Positions 8,115 to 12,898 of a stretch of 26,604 bases of DNA are shown here, piece by piece. The notes under the pieces were generated by a model, which was not told the DNA's origin, did no database searches, and saw only the letters and a list, made by a program, of their open reading frames with translations. Within the stretch, counting starts at the first letter, position 1. Every line of letters starts with the position of its first letter. The stretch comes from Microcoleus sp. N9_A2 (GTDB taxonomy: Bacteria; Cyanobacteriota; Cyanobacteriia; Cyanobacteriales; Microcoleaceae). The DNA is taken from the NCBI GenBank assembly GCA_036701775.1, contig JAUBRH010000074.1, one strand, 5' to 3'. Position numbers and translations under genes: made by a program.

Positions 8115-9173
8115 TTACAGAGCGTTACCGCGAGGCAGAACTTCTTCAGGGAAGATGAAGTTTTCGTGGGGTTGGTCAGTCGGAGCCATCCAAGCACGAA
8201 TGCCTTCGTTAAGCAGAATGTTCTTAGTGTAGAACGTTTCAAACTCAGGATCTTCAGCAGCGCGCAATTCTTGGGATACAAAGTCATAGGCGCGCAGGTT
8301 TAATGCTAAACCGACGATGCCAATGGAGCTCATCCACAAGCCTGTGACAGGTACGAACAGCATGAAGAAGTGCAACCAGCGCTTGTTGGAGAAGGCAATT
8401 CCGAAGATTTGCGACCAAAAACGGTTGGCTGTCACCATCGAGTAGGTTTCTTCTGACTGAGTTGGGTTGAAGGCGCGGAAGGTGTTAGCACCTTCGCCGT
8501 CTTCAAACAGAGTGTTTTCCACGGTTGCACCGTGAATAGCGCACAACAGCGCGCCGCCCAAGATGCCTGCAACGCCCATCATGTGGAAGGGGTTGAGCGT
8601 CCAGTTGTGGAAGCCTTGCAGGAATAGCAGGAACCGGAAAATTGCTGCGACGCCGAAACTGGGGGCGAAGAACCAGCCTGATTGACCCAAGGGGTAAAGC
8701 AGGAACACCGAAACAAACACGGCGATGGGGCCGGTGAATGCTAGGGCGTTGTAGGGACGGATGCCTACCAAACGGGCGATTTCAATCTGACGCAGGCAAA
8801 AGCCGATCAGTGCGAAGGCGCCGTGGAGGGCGACAAATGTCCACAAACCACCGAGTTGGAACCAGCGGGTGAAGTCCCACTGTGCTTCGGGGCCCCACAG
8901 GAACAGCAGGGAGTGTCCGAGGCTGTTGGCTGGGGTGGAGACTGCTACGGTGAGGAAGTTGGCTCCTTCGAGGTAGGAACTTGCTAAACCGTGGGTGTAC
9001 CAGGATGTGACGAAGGTGGTGCCTGTTAACCAGCCACCGATGGATAGGTAGGCGCAGGGGAATAGCAGGATGCCAGACCAGCCTACGAAGACGAAGCGAT
9101 CGCGTTTGAGCCAGTCGTCGAGTACATCAAAGATGCCTCTTTCGGTCTGGGCGCGTCCGACTGCGATTGTCAT
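8115..9173 (-). CDS. psbD: Photosystem II D2 reaction-centre protein, monocistronic copy (no overlapping psbC)
   Basis: 352 aa, running from MTIAVGRA to [10 protein letters not shown]. The expected sequence contexts for the functional residues are all present: [37 protein letters not shown] and [10 protein letters not shown]. Confidence 0.97.
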   Translation of the reverse strand: MTIAVGRAQTERGIFDVLDDWLKRDRFVFVGWSGILLFPCAYLSIGGWLTGTTFVTSWYTHGLASSYLEGANFLTVAVSTPANSLGHSLLFLWGPEAQWDFTRWFQLGGLWTFVALHGAFALIGFCLRQIEIARLVGIRPYNALAFTGPIAVFVSVFLLYPLGQSGWFFAPSFGVAAIFRFLLFLQGFHNWTLNPFHMMGVAGILGGALLCAIHGATVENTLFEDGEGANTFRAFNPTQSEETYSMVTANRFWSQIFGIAFSNKRWLHFFMLFVPVTGLWMSSIGIVGLALNLRAYDFVSQELRAAEDPEFETFYTKNILLNEGIRAWMAPTDQPHENFIFPEEVLPRGNAL

Positions 9174-9370
9174 TTACGCAAATCTCCAAAAAGATATAAT
9201 TACAACGGATTTGTCTCTAGTCATTATTCCCCAACGGTTGCCTCTGCTTAGCAGAAAACTATTTGGATTATGAACAGAGTTTACTTTTCTTTACCGTATT
9301 CAAGATTATAGAGGTAATTCTTTACAATGGCAAGTATTTCTTAAAGAACTTCCGGATCTTGACTTGTCCC

Positions 9371-9406
9371 CGAAGTCCTCGAAGTTCTCGAAGCCCTCGA
9401 AGAAAC
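9371..9406. repeat. Four tandem nonamers CGAAGNNCT
   Basis: cgaagtcct cgaagttct cgaagccct cgaagaaac, read directly from the sequence. The array lies in the divergent region about 200 bp upstream of the psbD start. Confidence 0.7.
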
Positions 9407-9418
9407 CCGGAATCCGGG

Positions 9419-9534
9419 CAGGAACTCACAGGCATCGCCCCTACAGAAAGCGGTTTTTTTTACAGGAATACTTCGTTACAGCCCGCCCCCACGGTTAAAA
9501 ACCCGGTTTTTTGCGTCTTGATGCGTAAGTCCTG
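9419..9534 (+). mobile_element. MITE-like element, copy A (degenerate left end)
   Basis: It shares the core aatacttcgttacagcccgc...aaaaacccggttt and the right terminus TGCGTAAGTCCT with copies at 15609-15712 and 18869-18978. It has no coding capacity. Confidence 0.55.
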
Positions 9535-9585
9535 TCCTATATATATACTGAGGATAGAGCTCCAAACTTAGGTTTTTAAGACTAT

Positions 9586-9855
9586 ATGTTCAGCATTGAC
9601 ATCATTGTGAAAAATACGCCCGTCTCGCTGTCGGTGCAGCGGAAGTTGGAGGAGGACGCTGAGACTGTTTACCAGCAGGTACTGGCGGCGATTCGCAACT
9701 CCCAACCGCAAATTTTGGAACTCACCTGCGAGAAAAATCCTGAGAAAAAGGTGGCTGTACTCAGCAGCGAGATTTCTGGGGTGGTGGTTTCTCAGAAATC
9801 GGGGGCGTCATCTACAGGCAGATCCCCTGGCTTTGTCTCGATGACAGCAGAATGA
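9586..9855 (+). CDS. Small conserved hypothetical protein (89 aa)
   Basis: The ORF is clean, and its stop overlaps the next gene's ATG (ATGA at 9852-9855), suggesting translational coupling. The sequence MFSIDIIVKNTPVSLSVQRK...SSEISGVVV resembles small conserved cyanobacterial proteins as I remember them. Function is unknown. Confidence 0.55.
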   Translation: MFSIDIIVKNTPVSLSVQRKLEEDAETVYQQVLAAIRNSQPQILELTCEKNPEKKVAVLSSEISGVVVSQKSGASSTGRSPGFVSMTAE

Positions 9856-10550
9856 GGGCTGGGGGTGTTGGTGCCGATATGGGCCAGTCAGCGGTTGCGG
9901 TGCGCGAGTTGGGTTTTTGCTGGCCGTCGGGCGATCGAGTTTTGCAAGGTTGCTCTCTGGATGTACCTAAGGGCGAGTTTTGGATGCTTTTGGGCACTAA
10001 CGGCAGCGGCAAGTCTACGCTGTTGAGGCTGATGGCTGGGCTGCTGCACCCCCAGTCGGGGGAAATTGACCTGAGTGGGCGGGTGGGTTTTGTGTTCCAA
10101 AATCCGGATCACCAATTGGTGATGCCGACGGTGGGTGCGGATGTGGCTTTTGGTTTGGTGGAGGAAAAGCTTTCTAATGTTCAGGTGCGGGCGAGGGTGG
10201 CTGAGGCTTTGGAGGCTGTGAATTTGCTGGATTTGCAGCGGCGGCCGATTTATGCTTTGAGTGGGGGACAGAAGCAGCGGATTGCCCTTGCTGGGGCGAT
10301 CGCCCGTCACTGCGAAATTCTGCTGTTGGATGAACCGACTGCTTTGTTAGATCCTGATTCTCAGTTGGATTTGGTGGCGGCGGTGCAGCGGTTGGTGAAA
10401 AATCGCGGGATTACGGCTTTGTGGGTGACTCACCGTTTGGATGAGTTGAATTATTGTGATGGGGCTTTTTTGTTGGAAAAGGGCCAAGTTGTCGATCGAG
10501 GAGATCCGGCGCGTTTGAAGCAGCGGTTGATGCAAAGTCAAGATGTTTAG
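9852..10550 (+). CDS. ABC transporter ATP-binding protein (ECF/CbiO-like ATPase)
   Basis: Walker A is GTNGSGKST, the signature is LSGGQKQRIALAGA and Walker B is ILLLDEPTALLD. An alternative start at 9879 (MGQSAV) is possible. Confidence 0.9.
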   Translation: MRAGGVGADMGQSAVAVRELGFCWPSGDRVLQGCSLDVPKGEFWMLLGTNGSGKSTLLRLMAGLLHPQSGEIDLSGRVGFVFQNPDHQLVMPTVGADVAFGLVEEKLSNVQVRARVAEALEAVNLLDLQRRPIYALSGGQKQRIALAGAIARHCEILLLDEPTALLDPDSQLDLVAAVQRLVKNRGITALWVTHRLDELNYCDGAFLLEKGQVVDRGDPARLKQRLMQSQDV

Positions 10551-10649
10551 GTGTTAAGCAATTTTTGAATTAAGTTACTCGGCGATTGAAATCGCTTCTA
10601 CAGAAACGAAGTCTGCCTCCGCAGACTAAGAGAATGGCGGCACGCTAAA

Positions 10650-11438
10650 TCAATCTCGCAATCCTCGATCGCGCAACCAAGCCTCTGCCCAAATTGTATC
10701 GGCTTCTGACAGCGGTGGTATGACTTCCCAGTTGCGATAATCTATCTTGAGGTCATAACTTGCTATGTCGTAAATTTGAGTGAATAATTCCTGCAAATTG
10801 ATTATAGGTTCGGTATCGCCCGATCGCAGCGGTAAAGGAAAGGCAGGCAGCGGGTTCTGCACGTTAAAAGCGTACAAATCTGCTCTGGGACGGCGATTTC
10901 CCCGACACACCAAAACGCTATAGTGGCTTTCAATGTCATTGCCAATAACTGGCATTTTTTGACCGCGCCGCAATAAATCTATTTCAATTAAATGAGTGCG
11001 ACTGGATAAAATTTCTTCTCGCTTTTCTTCGTACATTTGTCGTCCTTTTCCTGTGCGCTTATTGCTAGGCGAGAGGATTTCTATCAGGGTGATTAGTTCT
11101 TGGTTTCCTCTTTCTCTAATTTCTAAATAGCCTTCCCGAACCTGGTAGGGCATGGGAATATTTACTGTCAAGGGTTGTGTTGGTGGCGCTGCAACGGCTA
11201 CGTTTGATGTGATTAATTCGGTTGTAGTTCTTGGCTGAATTACGTTTACATCAGGAATGCCAATTGATAAATTGTCGTCAGCGGTTTCATACATTCTCAC
11301 TTCTACAGACACTAAATACTTAGGACGTAATTGCGGAGATAATAATCGGGCAATTTCAATAATTAGCCAGTGGTGTAGGGCAGGCCAGAGTTCGGGATGC
11401 TCTAAATACGGGTCCATACCGGGAAAGGGAGATGGCAT
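10650..11438 (-). CDS. DUF4058-like protein (possible PD-(D/E)xK / Uma2-like nuclease fold)
   Basis: The N-terminus MPSPFPGMDPYLEHPELWP is, as I recall, the hallmark of DUF4058. The segments IGIPDVNV ... YLEIRE ... LIEILSPSNK resemble the PD...E.K arrangement of Uma2/DUF820 endonucleases. Confidence 0.7.
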   Translation of the reverse strand: MPSPFPGMDPYLEHPELWPALHHWLIIEIARLLSPQLRPKYLVSVEVRMYETADDNLSIGIPDVNVIQPRTTTELITSNVAVAAPPTQPLTVNIPMPYQVREGYLEIRERGNQELITLIEILSPSNKRTGKGRQMYEEKREEILSSRTHLIEIDLLRRGQKMPVIGNDIESHYSVLVCRGNRRPRADLYAFNVQNPLPAFPLPLRSGDTEPIINLQELFTQIYDIASYDLKIDYRNWEVIPPLSEADTIWAEAWLRDRGLRD

Positions 11439-11591
11439 TGATGTGACTCCTTGACTTAAGTCTATTTACAGTTTAGCAATGTTGTTTGGGGAAAATTAGG
11501 GCCGATCGCACTTCCGGTAAAATAGAATAATTCCTATTTGTGGAAGGGCGATTCCCTAGGGGATAGCTCCGCTTCACGCACTTTCCAACAA

Positions 11592-11834
11592 TTAAACTTC
11601 GATCTGCAATTGTGTTTGAATTGGAACGCTGTTTTCATCCAACACAGACACCGCATTTACGAAAACAATTGTATGCGGGACTGCGGGCATTAAGCGGCGC
11701 AGTGCTTTGAGGTAAGATTCGGCATCGGGGCGGCGGCTGAAACGGGCGACTGTTAACCGCTGACAGTTGGGGAGGTGGCGAATTATGCACCAAGGTTGAA
11801 GTCGATCGCGATATGTCGGTTGTTTTGATATCAT
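11592..11834 (-). CDS. Small hypothetical protein (80 aa)
   Basis: GAAGGA lies 9 nt upstream of the ATG. The gene runs in the same direction as the DUF4058 gene and sits 153 bp upstream of it. The motif RDRLQPWCIIRHLPNCQRLTVARFSRRPDAESYLKALRRL resembles small conserved cyanobacterial proteins as I remember them. Confidence 0.55.
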   Translation of the reverse strand: MISKQPTYRDRLQPWCIIRHLPNCQRLTVARFSRRPDAESYLKALRRLMPAVPHTIVFVNAVSVLDENSVPIQTQLQIEV

Positions 11835-11931
11835 AGGAAAATCCTTCCCACTTTTGTGGGTGGTGAATGAAAGGCGATCGCTCTAGATTTCTCAGGTCAG
11901 GGGGCGATCGCTATTAATTGTATATTCATTA

Positions 11932-11951
11932 AATTACGAGTAGTCGTAATT
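11932..11951. promoter_or_regulatory. Candidate operator palindrome upstream of the XRE regulator
   Basis: AATTACGA-gtag-TCGTAATT is a perfect 8-bp inverted repeat ending 13 nt before the HTH start codon at 11964. Confidence 0.35.
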
Positions 11952-11963
11952 GTCAAGGGCGGA

Positions 11964-12176
11964 ATGGGACGAATTAGACTGCGAGTTCGAGAACTTGCTC
12001 AAGAGAAGGGTTGGACTCTTAGGGAAGTCTCCAACAGAACGGGTATTCCATATACTACGATCGCCACCTATGCCAGTTCTCCAGGTATGGCAACTGTTGA
12101 CTACACGGCTTTGGACAAGATGGCTCGTGCGTTCGATATTGCGATCGAAGATTTAGTCGAGATTTTGGAACAGTAA
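11964..12176 (+). CDS. XRE-family helix-turn-helix transcriptional regulator (70 aa)
   Basis: LRVRELAQEKGWTLREVSNRTGIPYTTIATYA is a canonical Cro/C1-type HTH. AAGGGCGGA precedes the ATG. Confidence 0.85.
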   Translation: MGRIRLRVRELAQEKGWTLREVSNRTGIPYTTIATYASSPGMATVDYTALDKMARAFDIAIEDLVEILEQ

Positions 12177-12296
12177 ACTGATTGTGCGTAAACGACGGCT
12201 CTTGCGTTAGCACTTTTTACACGATACTTGCGTATATTGGAATTTTCCGGCTGTAGACTAGAGTCAGGAGTTGTTCAGTTTGCCGGAGTTATATTA

Positions 12297-12794
12297 ATGC
12301 CAATTAATCGTCTGTCTGATATACAAGAGAACTTGGAAGATCTGCAAGAGCAATTAGGCGGCAAGCAGAAGGCTCTAAATTTAGCACCGCAAGAAGAAAA
12401 AATCCGAATTAAACAGCAAATTCGAGAGCTACGCAAGGAAATTAGGGAACAGGAAGAGGAGTATTGGCAGGTTCTCGATCGGCAAACGAAAACAGTGGAG
12501 ATTGCTGAACCGGAGGCTGAGCTTGAGATTATTGTTGCTGACATTGTCGAAGAAGTTGGGCAAATTGAAGTGCAGCGACAGTATCCCGATGAGGTGGTTC
12601 AGATTTTGCAGCAGATTCGGGACAAGCTGAACCAACCGGGACCGACAGCGGCCGCGAAACTCAAAGGCGTAATCTCCAGCATTCCGCCGTTTGTGGGAAT
12701 TTCCTACGAGGCTGAATTGGATACAGAGAATTTTTTACAGCAGCATTTCCCAACGTTTCGGAAATGGGCTAAGGTATTAGCAAAAAAGTCCTAG
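12297..12794 (+). CDS. Coiled-coil protein (165 aa), probable N-terminal module of the downstream STAND NTPase
   Basis: GGAG lies 8 nt before the ATG at 12297. The first ~85 aa are heptad-like and E/K/Q/R-rich (LEDLQEQLGGKQKAL...IRIKQQIRELRKEIREQEEEYW). The C-terminus contains a short hydrophobic segment, AAAKLKGVISSIPPFVGISYEAELD. The ORF ends 1 codon after an A_AAA_AAG heptamer. Confidence 0.7.
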   Translation: MPINRLSDIQENLEDLQEQLGGKQKALNLAPQEEKIRIKQQIRELRKEIREQEEEYWQVLDRQTKTVEIAEPEAELEIIVADIVEEVGQIEVQRQYPDEVVQILQQIRDKLNQPGPTAAAKLKGVISSIPPFVGISYEAELDTENFLQQHFPTFRKWAKVLAKKS

Positions 12795-12823
12795 ACCTGG
12801 AGGAAAAAACACCCAATCCAGGT
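12782..12823 (+). other. Putative -1 frameshift signal: slippery heptamer A_AAA_AAG plus downstream stem-loop
   Basis: The zero frame reads gcA AAA AAG tcc TAG. The -1 frame continues GTC CTA GAC ... into the NB-ARC ORF. A stem pairs ACCTGGA (12795-12801) with TCCAGGT (12817-12823), 6 nt after the heptamer. Confidence 0.45.
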
Positions 12824-12898
12824 TTCACAAGTTCTTACAAACTTTACGATATTCCCTCCGAACTTGGTTCCAAAAACTTTGTCGGGCGGGATGAAGAG

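Noticed and set aside
9263-9571. 102-aa ORF (+) upstream of the 89-aa gene
   Set aside because: It is composed of the nonamer repeat (SPRSSRSPRR) and MITE copy A, so it is a repeat-derived open frame rather than a gene.
9888-10310. Antisense ORFs within known genes: 9888-10310, 10347-10541, 20737-21252, 21504-21848, 3359-3721, 518-838, 13849-14205, 12825-13175, 17022-17390 and others
   Set aside because: Each overlaps a confidently identified gene on the opposite strand or in another frame, and each has a biased, motif-free translation. Open antisense frames of this kind are expected in moderately GC-rich coding DNA.
11950-12156. 68-aa ORF overlapping the XRE gene in another frame
   Set aside because: The 11964 frame gives a canonical HTH sequence. 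The alternative frame has no recognisable features.
12228-12296. N-terminal extension of the coiled-coil ORF (track start at 12228)
   Set aside because: The extension starts at a non-ATG codon and translates to MRILEFSGCRLESGVVQFAGVIL, with no Shine-Dalgarno element. The ATG at 12297 has GGAG 8 nt upstream and begins the heptad-like sequence.
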